Part shown: positions 13,001 to 26,524 of the stretch, piece after piece | Position numbering within the stretch: the stretch's first letter is position 1 | Layout: every line of letters starts with the position of its first letter | From: Octopus vulgaris | Lineage: Eukaryota | Length of the DNA stretch: 64,000 nt | NCBI GenBank assembly: GCA_951406725.2 | Contig: OX597837.1 | Span: forward strand, 14,384,001-14,448,000 | Direction: 5' to 3' | Translations under genes and position numbers: made by a program | Notes under the pieces: model-generated | The model's input: the letters and a program-made list of their open reading frames with translations, nothing else | What the model was told of the DNA's origin: nothing | The model's database searches: none

Positions 13001-14140
13001 ACACCAGACTTCATGGTCCATCATAGCATTACGGAGATCCTGTTGCTGGATGCCTGTATCGCTGGAGATTACATCAGGGTAGGAGAGTGTGCGCCCTCTG
13101 GTATCGCGGGTAGATGGCTTCCAGAGGAGAAGAGTAGAAATTACCTCGTTTTCAGCTCTACAACAATGTCCAGCAAACTGGACTCTCCTACCTTTCACAA
13201 GAGATGACACAGGTGGTAGTTTCCCATATACTCTTTTACTTGTTTCAGTCATTTGACTGCGGCCATGCTGGAGCACCGCCTTTTGTCGAGCAAATCGATC
13301 CCGGGATTTATTCTTTGTAAGCCCAGTACTTATTCTATCGGTCTCTTTTGCCGAACCGCTAAGTGACGGGGACGTAAACACACCAGCATCGGTTGTCAAG
13401 CAATGCTAGGGGGACAAACACAGACACACAAACATATACACACACATATACATACACATATATATATACATATATACGACAGGTTTCTTTCAGTTTCCGT
13501 CTACCAAATCCACTCACAAGGCATTGGTCGGCCTGAGGCTATAGCAGAAGACACTTGCCCAAGATGCCATGCAGTGGGACTGAACCCAGAACCATGTGGT
13601 TGGTAGGCAAGCTACTTACCACACAGCCACTCCTGCGCCTGTATATTTGTCTCACATAGATACATCCCCCAAATGTTGTTGTCTATAATCTTTTAATTTG
13701 GTTACATTGTATAACATTTTCCATGGCAACATAAAAAAAAAAGAAAAAAAGACGGAATGATTTTCACGGGAGCATCTTGGATCCTTTGTCAGCTCTACTT
13801 AAATACGGAGGCCCCAAGGCATCTACGTAACGATATGTTTTTACAGTGGACACTCGTAAGGGTTAGTTTTTAGGGTTAGTGTGTCATTACATGTCCACAC
13901 ATTCAAAAGGTTTTGTATGGGACACACTCTTTACTCTTTTACTTGTTTCAGTCATTTGACTGTGGCCATGCAGGAGCAAATTTGCCTTTAGTCGGAGCAA
14001 ATCAACCCCAGGACTTATTCTTTGTAAGCCTAGTACTTATTCTATAGGTCTCTTTTGCCGAACCGCTAAGTAACAGGGACATAAACACACCAGCATCGGT
14101 TATCAAGGGATGTTGGAGGGACAAACACAGACACAAAATT

Positions 14141-14199
<59 letters not shown>

Positions 14200-15165
14200 C
14201 ATATATACGACGGACTTCTTTCAGTTTCCGTCTACTAAATCCACTCACAAGACACTAGCCCAAGATGCCACGTAGTGGGACTGAACCCGGAACCATGTGG
14301 TTCATAAGCAAGCTACTTACCACACAGCCACTCGACTTTTTTTTAAATCTTCCAGAATAGATTACCTCCCCTTTATACCGTTACGGGGAGGTGCGTCGTG
14401 GACCTTTGTATTTAAGTAGAACCGTTAAGGGGACCTCCGTATTTAAGTAGTACCCAAATGCCTGCTATATCAAGGCTCACTTGAGGCTATAGAACAACAT
14501 CCGGCATTTTATTCGAAAACCATTTCGTCAATAGTGTTTTTGTTTCGATCCCGACCGAAGCCGGTTCCTTTCTTCCGACCCGGCTTACATAACCACACCG
14601 TTTACTGGTTGCTGTGGCAAAAAGCCGCATGATTCGGTTTCTGGCCCTTTTGTTATCATATTCTTTTAAAATACACTGCCTTTGTTTCAGTTAATTTTAG
14701 GAAATAAACAAGAATCTAGTGAAATCGATGTTTTGGATATAAATCGAACAAAAATTTTGCTGAAAGTTTAAATTTCGATCATTTTTATGTTTTTGTTACG
14801 ATATTTCTCCTAAAACACACAAACTGTCTCCATCTCATTTAATTTTAAGAAGAAAAGAAAAAACCAACGAAGAATTCAATTAACTTTGTCATTATTAAAT
14901 CGATGTTTCGAACATAAATTGACGGGAAGATTTAATTTAGGCCCCTTTAAAATGGAATCAAGGAGGACCAGGGGACAATTTCAGTCGTGTTGATATTAAA
15001 ATGGTCAAAGAATTCATTACAGGAGAATCTTTGAAAATAAATTTAATACATTTAAATTTTGTCAAACTTCAGCTTGGATCGGCGACCTTTGGCTAAACAA
15101 GGTGAAAGAAAGCACAACGCTTCTTAGGTTCAATGTTTAGACTATTTAAAGACTTACCATTATTA

Positions 15166-15208
<43 letters not shown>

Positions 15209-15525
15209 AGTCTTCATAATTTCGATAAAGGAAGAATATAAACAGGGAAATAATATTTCTTTTGCCCCTAGGCACAAAGACTGACATTTTGGGAGAGGAG
15301 GGCGGTACCTTATATCGATTCCGAAAGGACGAAAGAAGAAGTCGATCACGGTGGGATTTTAACTTCGGACGTGAAGACGGACGATTTGCCGCCAAGCATT
15401 TTGTCCGGCATAATAACGATTCGGCCAGTTCGGAGCACAAAAGGAAGAAAAAATAATAAAAAGAAAACGATGTGAGTACGGGTTGCAAACAAGAAAATGC
15501 GAGAATGAGATACCTGTGTAAATTT
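10047..15525 (-). pseudogene. NUDT17: Second partial copy of the NUDT17 region (duplicate of ~1500-6879): exon 3 at 10466-10637, exon 2 at 11281-11406, only the last 12 nt of exon 1 at 15514-15525
   Basis: Colinear high similarity including intronic SINE/LINE fragments; starts right after the N gap; homology stops inside exon 1, with an in-frame TAG two codons upstream and no ATG. Either an uncollapsed haplotype or a real partial duplication. Confidence 0.75.
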
Positions 15526-16368
15526 TATCTATTTATTTTTACCGGAAAGGCTCCTTCCATGGTTTTTAAGTTAAAAAAGAAAATGGCCAAAATCGGTCCG
15601 GGTAGTTATAACAAACAGCCATAACAAAATCACTTAGAATTTAGACTTTTTTTTACAAAAATTATACCGGTGTATTAAAAAATTTTCATTCAATAAATAA
15701 TGTTTTTCCATTACGTATACATTAATAGAATAAACAGACGGTTTTCCAAATAGTGAATTAAAACTTGAAATAAAAACATCGAAACAGAAAGTGAGAGACT
15801 TTGCAAATGAAATACTCCGTAGTGGATGCAATGAATATTCAAATTTGCGAGAAATTTAGTGTTAAAAATTTCAATAAACTTGAGAAATCGAAATCATAGG
15901 AAATTACTTAGAACATGAAATAACTGCAATATCTCCCTCAATTCCCATTCCACCGTCTTAAAGTGATATCCAATGTACGATGTACTTAAAACAAAAGCCA
16001 GGATGATCATGACTTAATGTTAAAACAATACAATCACCAACGGTCACAACAAATGTTTGGTAACCAAGTAACGGGATAGTCTGTATTTCCAGACGATCAA
16101 CTATTTAATAACTGCTCTCTTTTAGAACTTTTAGTAATTGTTACATACCTAATTAATAAGCAGCTTTCTCCATTTTAGTAATAGATAGATATTCTTAGTA
16201 GTTTTGGGTAATCTCAACCTCGTCACCAAATCTGTTGTATTTTAGAGAAAGGAAGGGCTCTTAGTAATGAAGAAAAGAACCAAATAGTAGCAACAAGCAA
16301 AACTTTTTAAGTAACAGCAATTTACAAAAATGAGTGAATACAAGCTTGAAATAAAAAAAACAACCCAA

Positions 16369-17030
16369 CACTGTCAGCAGTGATTTGCGTTGGACAAAGC
16401 ATATCTCTAAAATTGTCAAGAAGGCCGAGGGTGTCTTGGCATCACTCAGCAAGACTTTTGTTAGCTGCTCTCCAGCCATCTATTTAAAGCTGTATACAGC
16501 TATGGTACGACCACACTTGGAATTCGCATCATCAGTTTGGAACCCCTATCTTGCTCAGAACATTGACCTCCTGGAATCTGTTCAGAGACGTGCAACCAAA
16601 CACATACCCTCCATCAGACACCTGCCATACTCTGAGCGCCTTGTTTCCCTGGGCATGGATTCACTGAAGCCCCGGTGTCTGGCGATGGACTTGGTAAACA
16701 CCCACAAAGTTATCAACCACCTCACCAACAACAACACTGAACACCTTGTTGATCTCCATGTGTCTAACACACGTGGACATGCCTACAAAGTCAGAAAACA
16801 ACACAGCTCCCATGACTTTCGGAAACATTTTTTCACGCTCAGAGTTGCTGAAGCATGGAACAAACTGCCTGCGTCAGTTGTTGACTGCCATGACACTGCA
16901 TCCTTTAAGGCCCTCATGCTTTCCGAAATCCGCCGAAACTACACCTGATTATACATACACTTTAGATGAGTTCTAGTGCACCTGAGCACTGTACACAATG
17001 TTTTTATTATTTATTATTATTATTATTATA
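16369..17030 (+). mobile_element. 3' fragment of a CR1/L2-group LINE with (TTA)n tail
   Basis: LYTAMVRPHLEFASSVWNPY...LESVQRRATK...TRGH.YK...FFTLRVAEAWNKLP in ORF 16385-16948. Confidence 0.9.
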
Positions 17031-18029
17031 TTCTTGACTTTTATAATCGCATATATTAGCTCATTTTTAAATTTTTATTTTTAGTACAATAGTAGTTAGG
17101 AATGCTCAATCCAAAACATTGATGGTTCAAATCCATATGACACCAGTTTTAGTGGCATACTTTTATTTATTTATTTTGTTATACTGAAGACTTTGACCGT
17201 CCTAACAATGACTGTAAAATTGTAAATGCAGTAGTTTTTCGTCAGCCTCTTTTTTTTTTTTTTTTACCTTCCCAATTTTACGACAGACATTTCTATTTGA
17301 TAAGGCAATTAGTTTGAAATAAGTCAACGAGGAAGCTTCTTCGTCGTCCATCCACATGCTAGAAATAACTGCAATATCTCCCTCAATTCCCATTCCGCCG
17401 TCTTAAAGTGATATCCAATGTACGATGTACTTAAAACAAAAAGCCAGGATGATCATGACTTAATGTTAAAACAATACAATCACCAACGGTCACAACAAAT
17501 GTTTGGTAACTGCAAGTAATGGGATAGTCCAGATTTACAGCTGTTGATACCTGTAATTACTGGCTGGGATATTTAAAGGCACTTGTAAATACCAATCTTG
17601 AGAAATTAGGCTTCTTAAACCAGAAAGGATCAGAATTCGAAGACTGAAGATCCAATCCAATAAGTGGGTGATACGTATGTAGGGTAATTTATGTTGAATA
17701 AATGTATCATAATGTAACTCATCCTCCTGTATTATGTATGTATGTACTCAATGTATGAACGTATGTGTATGTATGTATGTATGTATGTATGTATGTATGT
17801 ATGTATGTACATGATGTATGTATGTATGTATGTACATATAGGTATGTATTAATAATGTATGTAACTGTACAGAAAAATCGTATACAACTATGCCGATGTA
17901 TGTAGTTATTGTATGTATGCCCCAATGTATATTGGAATCGTAATAACTTCAATGTATGTATGATATGTATGTACGTAGATATGTATGTATGTATGTACAT
18001 GTTAAAAAGATTAAACTAGCGGACCGGTT

Positions 18030-18723
18030 TACATACATACATACATGTATATATATATATGTATATATATAGTACATGTAAGTATATATGTATATGTATG
18101 CGTATGTATATATATATGTATATACTATATGTATATATATATGTATATGTATGTATATATATAGTACATATATATGTATATGTGTATATATATAGTATAT
18201 GTATATATGTATATATATAGTACATATATATGTATATGTGTATATATATAGTATATGTATATATGTATATAATATATATATATGTATGTGTATATATATA
18301 TATAGTATATATATATATATGTATATGTGTATATATATATATATATAGTATATATATATATGTATATGTGTATATATATAGTATATATATATGTATATGT
18401 GTATATATATATATAGTATATATATATGTATATGTGTATATATATATATAGTATATATATATATATGTATATGTGTATATATATATATACATATATATAT
18501 ATGTATATATATATGTGTATATATATAGTATATATATAGTATATATATATATATGTATACGTATATATAGTATATATATGTGTATATGTATATATATAGT
18601 ATATATATATGTATATATATGTATGTATATATATATATGTGTATATATATATATATGTGTATATATATATATGTGTATATATATATATATGTGTATATAT
18701 ATATATGTATATATATATATGTG

Positions 18724-18772
<49 letters not shown>

Positions 18773-18895
18773 GTGTATATATATATATATGTGTATATAT
18801 ATATATATGTGTATATATATATATATGTGTATATATATATATATATGTATGTATATATATGTATATGTATATATATATATATGTGTATATATATA

Positions 18896-18940
<45 letters not shown>

Positions 18941-18965
18941 ATATATATATATATGTGTATATATA
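18030..18965. repeat. Complex (TA)n/(TATG)n microsatellite
   Basis: Directly visible. Confidence 0.97.
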
Positions 18966-18986
18966 AGAAATCCCCAAATATGAAAT

Positions 18987-19556
18987 CCCCAAATATGCCG
19001 CTATTCACTGCGCCAGAGACTCTGCACAAATAGTGACTGCATCTTCACGCATCTACCCGGCACTAGACGCACTACTGGCCAAGGCCAAAGCACGCATCCC
19101 ACAATAACATCAACACCACCAAATAGTAAATCGAAATTCAAAACACACACAACTCGGAGTCCCAAAATCTGCCGGTATTCCCAACGTGAGAGAACATGTC
19201 TACTGAGTGACTGTCCCTTCACTCATCTTCCAGGGACCCGACGCACAAACAGAAACGGGGCCTCAAGCCAACACACAAACCTGAATAACAATAAAAATAG
19301 AAACACACCATGCTGCAGTAATGCTGGTCCAGTCTTTTCAGGAAGACACAAAAACAACAACAACAAAAGTGGAAACTACAACCCTATCCAACAGTGCAAC
19401 CACACCTCCAGCCAAAAACTGCTCCCTAAGCAGGAAAATTCTTTTTTAGCCATGTTGAACATGGCAAAAGAGATACACAAAAACATTCTAGCCATCACTC
19501 AACACCATCCTATGATATTACCCCAGTGCACCAATTCCCCACATTGCTGCCACTAA
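18987..19556 (+). CDS. LINE ORF1 C-terminal part with two C-x8-C-x4-C-x3-H zinc fingers (absent from the ORF track; 5'-truncated)
   Basis: Hand translation: [29 protein letters not shown] ... [29 protein letters not shown]; open until TAA at 19554-19556. Confidence 0.75.
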   Translation, partial: PQICRYSLRQRLCTNSDCIFTHLPGTRRTTGQGQSTHPTITSTPPNSKSKFKTHTTRSPKICRYSQRERTCLLSDCPFTHLPGTRRTNRNGASSQHTNLNNNKNRNTPCCSNAGPVFSGRHKNNNNKSGNYNPIQQCNHTSSQKLLPKQENSFLAMLNMAKEIHKNILAITQHHPMILPQCTNSPHCCH

Positions 19557-22500
19557 CACACACAAAATCCAAGCCCCCTGCAACAGTCAAAACCAGCCAC
19601 TACACTAACCTCCACATTCCTACTCAATGCACAAGGTGTCAGCCCTTCCATCAATGCACAAAAATGGAAGGTCCAATTCATTGAAGACTGGGTTGGTAAC
19701 CATTCACACCACATCCCTTTCTTCATTCTCACTGAGACCCACCTTGACAACTCCCACTTGGAAGCCGAAGTGAGAGTGAAGAATTTCACAACCATCCGCG
19801 CGGATCGTATCGGCAGGAGGATGGGTGGAACTGCCATTTTCCTGCATGATTCATTTACGGCAGATGGAAATAGTATATTCTCCAACGGCTACTGTGAATC
19901 AGTCACCGTGCACAACAAAGCCAATGACCTGATAGTAATTGGGCTCTATAGGCCGCCCCAAACACCCATACTGTGCTTTAAAGAATGCCTCAACAGCATT
20001 AAGTGCTTTATTCAACAGTGCCATTCTAGCAACATACTCATGATGGGAGACTTCAATCTACCCTGTGTTGACTGGACTACAAACTGTTTGAAACCAAGCA
20101 CTCCCGCCTCAACCGCTGACAAAGAAGCAGCAGAGTCACTTTTCGACTTTACGAATGAGTTTTTCTTGTCCCAACTTGTCCTTGCACCAACAAGACATCA
20201 GAACATTTTGGACCTAGTGTTTAGTAACCACACTAACACTATACATAACGTTACAGTGGAAAAAACCCTTCTTTCAGACCATGACATGGTTCTCTGTAAC
20301 ATGAAATTCCACCAGCCGAAAGCTAATCCTAGTGACCTTCCTCCAGCCCACCCATTTGACAACATGGATCTCCATAATGCCAACTGGGATGCAATCAGGA
20401 ACGAGCTATCACATGTTGACTGGTCCTTTACACATACACACATCTCCACCAACCATAAAACATCTTGGCAGATCTTTGTAGACACCGTCACAGACATATG
20501 TGCAAAACACTCCCCACCAAGACCTGTGAACAAAAAGTGCAGAATCCCCCAAAACAGAAAAACCATTATCAGAAAAATAAAAAAAAACAAACAAAAAAAT
20601 TAACAAACTAAAGTACTGCCAACAGCAACACACACATTCGACGGCTATCGCACTGCTTGAATCCAAAAAATATAACCTCCAACAATGCATGAAGACCCTC
20701 ATCAATAACCAAAGATCAGCTGAGGAGAAGTGGGCCATTGAAAAAATCAAACTCAACCCCAAAGTGTTCTTTTCATTTGCGAGGAAACGCAGGGTCACTG
20801 TCTCCACTGTAGGCCCTCTAATTGACGAAACTGGCACTCTCCAAGATAATGCCAAATCCATGGCCGAGATACTGCAGAAACAATACTGCTCTGTTTTCAG
20901 CAATCCTGATATGGCCGATCTGGGCTGTATCAGTGATGTCAACCCCCAACACACTATATCGGACATAACGTTTAGTGCCCCTGATGTCTTAGCGGCGATA
21001 AACGAAATAAAACACAATTCAGCAGTAGGCCCCGATAGGTTCCCTGCTTGTGTCCTGGAGGTGTGTCGACACCAACTTGCATCTCCCCTTGCTAATCTGT
21101 GGAGAAACTCACTGGATGCTGGCTATATTCCAAAAAACCTTCTGTCCCAGTCTGTTGTCCCAGTTTTCAAAAAGGGAAACAAGTCCCTTGCAGTGAATTA
21201 CCGTCCGATCTCACTCACCTCTCATATCATCAAGGTATTTGAGAGGGTGGTGAGATCTCGAATAACCCAATTTCTGGAAAGCAACAGACGGCTGATCTCC
21301 AACCAACATGGGTTCCGTAATGGAAGGGACTGCCTAACGCAGCTCCTGCATCACTTTGAGGACATTTTGAGAGCTTTGGGAGAGGGCTCCAACACCGATG
21401 TCATCTACCTTGATTTCAGTAAGGCCTTCGACAGGGTCGATCACAAGATCCTATTGAAAAAACTATCCAACATTGGTGTCTCTGGAAAGTTACTGAAATG
21501 GATCAAGTGTTTCCTGACAGACAGATCTCAACATGTTGTAGTTGAAGGGGTAAAATCAAGCCCAGCCAAAGTCAGTAGTGGCGTTCCGCAAGGCACTGTG
21601 CTGGGCCCACTTCTTTTCATCATTTACATTAATGACATTAATGACATCATCAAGCACAGCAACATAAAAATCTTTGCAGATGACTCCAAGCTACAGAAGG
21701 TCATAAATGAGGCGAGTGACCGGACATGCCTTCAGTCAGATCTACTGGCTGTTATCCAATGGGCAGAAAAAAACAATATGCTGCTGAACGAGGATAAATT
21801 TGAGCTAATCCACTTTGGAAAAGAGGATGCCCTGAAACTCCCATACTCCCTTCCTTCAGGTGAAACTCTCGCGGCGTCCAACAACATCAGAGACTTGGGA
21901 GTAATTGTGGACAACAACATAAGCTGGGCCACTCATATAAACACCAAAGTTGACATGGCCCGCAGAATGTGTTCCTGGATTCTCAGAACTTTCCAGTCGA
22001 GAGATATCCACACCATTATCCTTCTCTTCTCCACTTTTGCCCGACCCCACCTTGAATACTGTTGTCCACTGTGGTCTCCCCACACAATACAAGGTATCAT
22101 AAAAGTTGAAGCACCTCAAAGGGCAATCACAAAAAAGATAGATGGCATGACAGGCCTCGACTATTGGGGTCGACTAGAAAAGCTAAAACTCTATTCTCTC
22201 CAACGTCGTCGTGAGCGCTACATCATCTGCATGATGTGGAAAATATTCCATCAGCATTGCCCAAATGATGTTGGCATCACCTTTAAGGTACATCCAAGGC
22301 TTGGGCCCCGTGCCATCCGCCCAAAACAAAAATCGCACTCTCATCTCATAACAACAATACGGCACAATTATTTCACCTCAATTGGCCCCGCTCTCTTTAA
22401 CATTACACCAAAACACATTAAAACAGAAACTGACCCTATAGGGTTCAAGAAGTCCTTGGACAGATTCCTTCAAGAAATCCCGGATAAACCCCCTACACCC

Positions 22501-22560
22501 GGATATGTCTCTGTAAACAATAACTCTCTACTTGAGTGGGCCATAGTGCCCAAATTCTGA
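19557..22560 (+). CDS. LINE ORF2 (APE-RT), broken by a single frameshift in the A-rich run at ~20575-20600
   Basis: Frame open from 19557 to ~20600, then a second frame (...INKLKYCQQQ...MKTLINNQ...) open to TGA at 22560. Confidence 0.88.
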
Positions 22561-22652
22561 CTTGAAAGACTTCACCAGGTGGTGCTATTAAGTTAGACAT
22601 GGCCTGGGCCAATAATGGCCGAAACCTATCAAAGTATCAAAGTATCAAAGTA

Positions 22653-22945
22653 TATGTATGTATGTGTGTATGTATGTATGTGTGTATTATGTATGTATGT
22701 ATGTATGTATGTATGTATGTATGTATGTATGTATGTATGTATGTATGTACGTATGTATGTATGATTTATGTATATTATGTATGTATGTATGTATGTATGT
22801 ATGTACGTATGTATGTATGTATGTATGTATGTATGTATGTATGTATGTATGTATGTATGTGTATGTATGTATATATGTATGTACATGTATGTATGTATGT
22901 ATGTATGTACATACGTATGTATGCATGTATGTACATGTGTGGTGT
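22653..22945 (+). repeat. (TGTA)n array related to those at 7190-8712 and 9361-9848
   Basis: Shares the variant unit gtatgatttatgtatattatg. Confidence 0.9.
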
Positions 22946-23052
22946 GTGTGTGTCTGCTTGTCCCCTATGACCGTCTGACAACCGGTGCTGGTGTGTTTAC
23001 ATCTAATGACTGAAACAAATAAAACAAAGAATAAAAGATAAAAAATTATATA

Positions 23053-23111
<59 letters not shown>

Positions 23112-23121
23112 ATATAATATA

Positions 23122-23236
<115 letters not shown>

Positions 23237-24912
23237 GACTGGGACTAATGACGGAACCACTCAAGGTGCCGCGCAGTGGAACTGAACCCGAAGCTCTATG
23301 GTGCGATGCAAACATCTTAATCGCCAAAGTCTTGCCTACGCACACACAGATAAGGGTTGGTTGAAATATTGAAAGAACCATTTTATATTTGGCTTGTTTT
23401 GCCCAGTAGTAATATGAGAGATTCAAAACTGTTCCAGTCTGTATATATACCTTCATGTGCATTACGTATACCCTCTGCTTCATAATATTGGCCCCTGGGT
23501 TTCTTATTCTGTTTTTTGTTTTTGTGTTGTTTTTTTGCAGGTATTTATAGTTAAATACATTTAAATGCGTTATCTATCTAATTTCCATGAAGGATAAATT
23601 ACTTGAACTGCTAAACCTGTAGAATTATTCAATGTTTCGAGAGATAGAGTCTAGAATTTTGATGGCATTCAAAATCCAAGGCAAAATCAACTCTGGCAAG
23701 CTTAATTCTTGACAGAAGGTGAAGTGATCAGAGAAGGGACTGCAGAATATTGAAACAAATCGAACGAAAACAATCGAACACCAAAAGTGACAGAAAAGCT
23801 AACCCCACCCCCTTCCCAACCCCGTACCAACCAAAATCGTTTGTCAGGAGCTCAACAAATCTTGGTACCATGGAAGGGCTGCAATTGATAAACCTCTTTC
23901 GTGTTCCCCATCAGCATTGATAAAAAGTGATATCTAGACTCTCGGAAGAGGTTAATGGTTCAATGGCCATCTCCGGCGAATCGCCATTCCGGAGATAAGC
24001 CCCCATAAGTAGTCTGACTGTTTGGCCTTTTCCGTGAAGCATGATTTGAACAACATATCACGAAATTCTCTTGACCCTTTACTCTCTTTTACTCTTTTAC
24101 TTGTTTCAGTCATTTGATTGCGGCCATACTGGAGCACCGCCTTTAATCGAGCAACTCGACCCCGGGACTTATTCTTTTGTAAGCCCAGTACTTATTCGAT
24201 CGGTCCCTTTTAGTTGTTCTATATGACAGATTTATCTGAGTATTTTGGCTAATCACCTCCATCCTATGGTACAGACGAGAGAAATGAAGTTAGTTTAAAT
24301 GTGAAAAGTTCGGGTCATTAGAAAGCGGAAAAATAATGAGGTGGGAGAGAGTTTCAAAGTCTGGCAGTTCAAGGAAGAAAGCTCTGACTCTTGAAAGACT
24401 TCTTTACTCGTGGAAGCACAACAGCATCTGGCGATATTGTTGTAGCGGAAATAACCAACAAGTGTAGATTCTCTTTATCAGTTCACTCATCTTGTCAATG
24501 CCTTTTGCATTGTTTTTCTTTTGTTTCTGTTATTAAAGCCATTCATGACTCTCCCCTTCGAACGTTGCAAAATATATTTCCTCAATTACTTCTCTTAGAT
24601 TAGGAATATTTATTGTTATCTCCCTTTGCACGTCTAAGGGAGGTAACTCTGTTGATCAACTTTGATGTTATTCGTTTATTTTGGTTTTTAGCTTTTACTT
24701 GTTTATTAATTGGACTGCGGCCATGCTGGGGCATAAGCTTGAAGAAGGTTTAATCGAATGAATCGATTCTCATACTTTTTAAAGCCTGCTACTTATTCTA
24801 TCGGTCTTTTTTTGTCGAACCTCCAAGTTGCGATGACGTAAACACACCAACACCGGTGGTGGGGGATCAATCGCACGCACGCACACACACACACACACAC
24901 ACACCCACACAC

Positions 24913-24949
<37 letters not shown>

Positions 24950-24950
<1 letters not shown>

Positions 24951-25110
24951 CCTTCACTCTGCTCTCTTTTCGAATTATATCATTTCGAATGTGCTCCCTT
25001 AATGATGTTCCAAGGATGGACCCTTCCGTAGCCCTTTGTATCGATGCCAATCGATGTTTTATCCCCTTCGTGAAAGAAATCCTTATTCCCAGATACACAG
25101 GATTCACAGA
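24950..25110 (-). mobile_element. Short RTE-type LINE RT C-terminal fragment
   Basis: QRATEGSILGTSLREHIRNDIIRKESRVKD resembles the RTE QRAMER..LG..L.D.IRN motif. Confidence 0.6.
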
Positions 25111-26085
25111 GCTGACTGCTGAGAAGAAAATCCTTTTTACTATGCCCCAAGGCCCGAAATTTTAGCCATGTTTGCGTCTGTTACAAATTATAATTAAGAA
25201 AACGCTTGTTGTTCTTTTACCCCGAGTGAACCCTAATTGAACGGACCTGTTGTTAAAGGGTGTTGTAAACGTGGCCATTCAGTATTTTTCCACATCCATG
25301 ACTACATTGTTTAACGCATCCTTCATTAAAAACAATAACAGAGTGTCAATGCGGAAGATTTGACTGCTATTTCTTCTGTCCTAGACTGCCTCTAATTTCC
25401 ACCTCGTCATTTCATCTCTTTTCTCTTCTATAACCTTTACAGACCTTTACAGATTTTTCGACGACGGCATTATTAATATCTGAAAGATGATATTTGCGCA
25501 AAATAGCAGCCAGATCTCCCTCATATCCAATCTATTTATGTTTAAAAATATAAAACACCTTGAATAATAATTATTCCTAACGTTCTGTATATCCTACTCA
25601 AAGTGGTTATACTGTAGAAAGTTACAAAGTTGCGGTATTCGTTTCGAGACAGCATCTCGAATAGAGATACAGTCCTGAAAAAAAAAACACAGAAGCATAT
25701 CTGTAACAGACAAAGGATGCCCACCACTTTTAATCTACTTCCAAAGCAGCATTAATCTAAATTTGTGCTGATTTGAACTAATGATCCTTCTGTTGCTAAT
25801 AATAAATTTTTACCTGGCTATTTACGGCCCCATCCATTTGCTAATCACTGATTTCCTATATCAGTATAAACTAAATTTATCCAATGTTGTGGTTAGTACT
25901 GAACGCTTGCGACTGACGACGCTCAAGGATGCAGAAATCTAGACTTAGCAATTTCACCGCCAATTCTGGATACATATCTTTCTGTTCTCTGCCTCTCCAT
26001 CTGTCTATCTTACACACACACCCAGACCCCCCCCACACACACACATACACACACACACATACACACACACACATACACACACACA

Positions 26086-26126
<41 letters not shown>

Positions 26127-26132
26127 TCTCAC

Positions 26133-26205
<73 letters not shown>

Positions 26206-26445
26206 AAATCTACGCAACTGGGCATGTCAGGATATAAATAAGCAAACATGAGATAGTTGAACACGAACAGAAAAAAATACGACATGTAAAAACAACAAGA
26301 AAAGGCGAGATGTCAAGAGCGAAGAGTAAGAAGGACGAGTTGTGAGGAGAGCGTGAAAAATATATATTAAACGAACGAAACCACACATATAGAGATAAGA
26401 AAGGTCGATATCTATGTATACGTGTATATGTGGGTATATATATAC

Positions 26446-26524
<79 letters not shown>

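Larger units (their letters stand above)
18967..22652 (+). mobile_element. Nearly full-length CR1-group LINE: CCCH zinc-finger ORF1 remnant, APE endonuclease, reverse transcriptase, (ATCAAAGT)3 tail
   Basis: APE motifs (LTETHL, GLYRPP, MGDFN, ILDLVF, SDH); RT motifs (YRPISLTS, QHGFR, LDFSKAFD, GVPQGTVLGP, FADD); octamer tandem tail at 22628-22652; inserted in a microsatellite. Confidence 0.93.
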
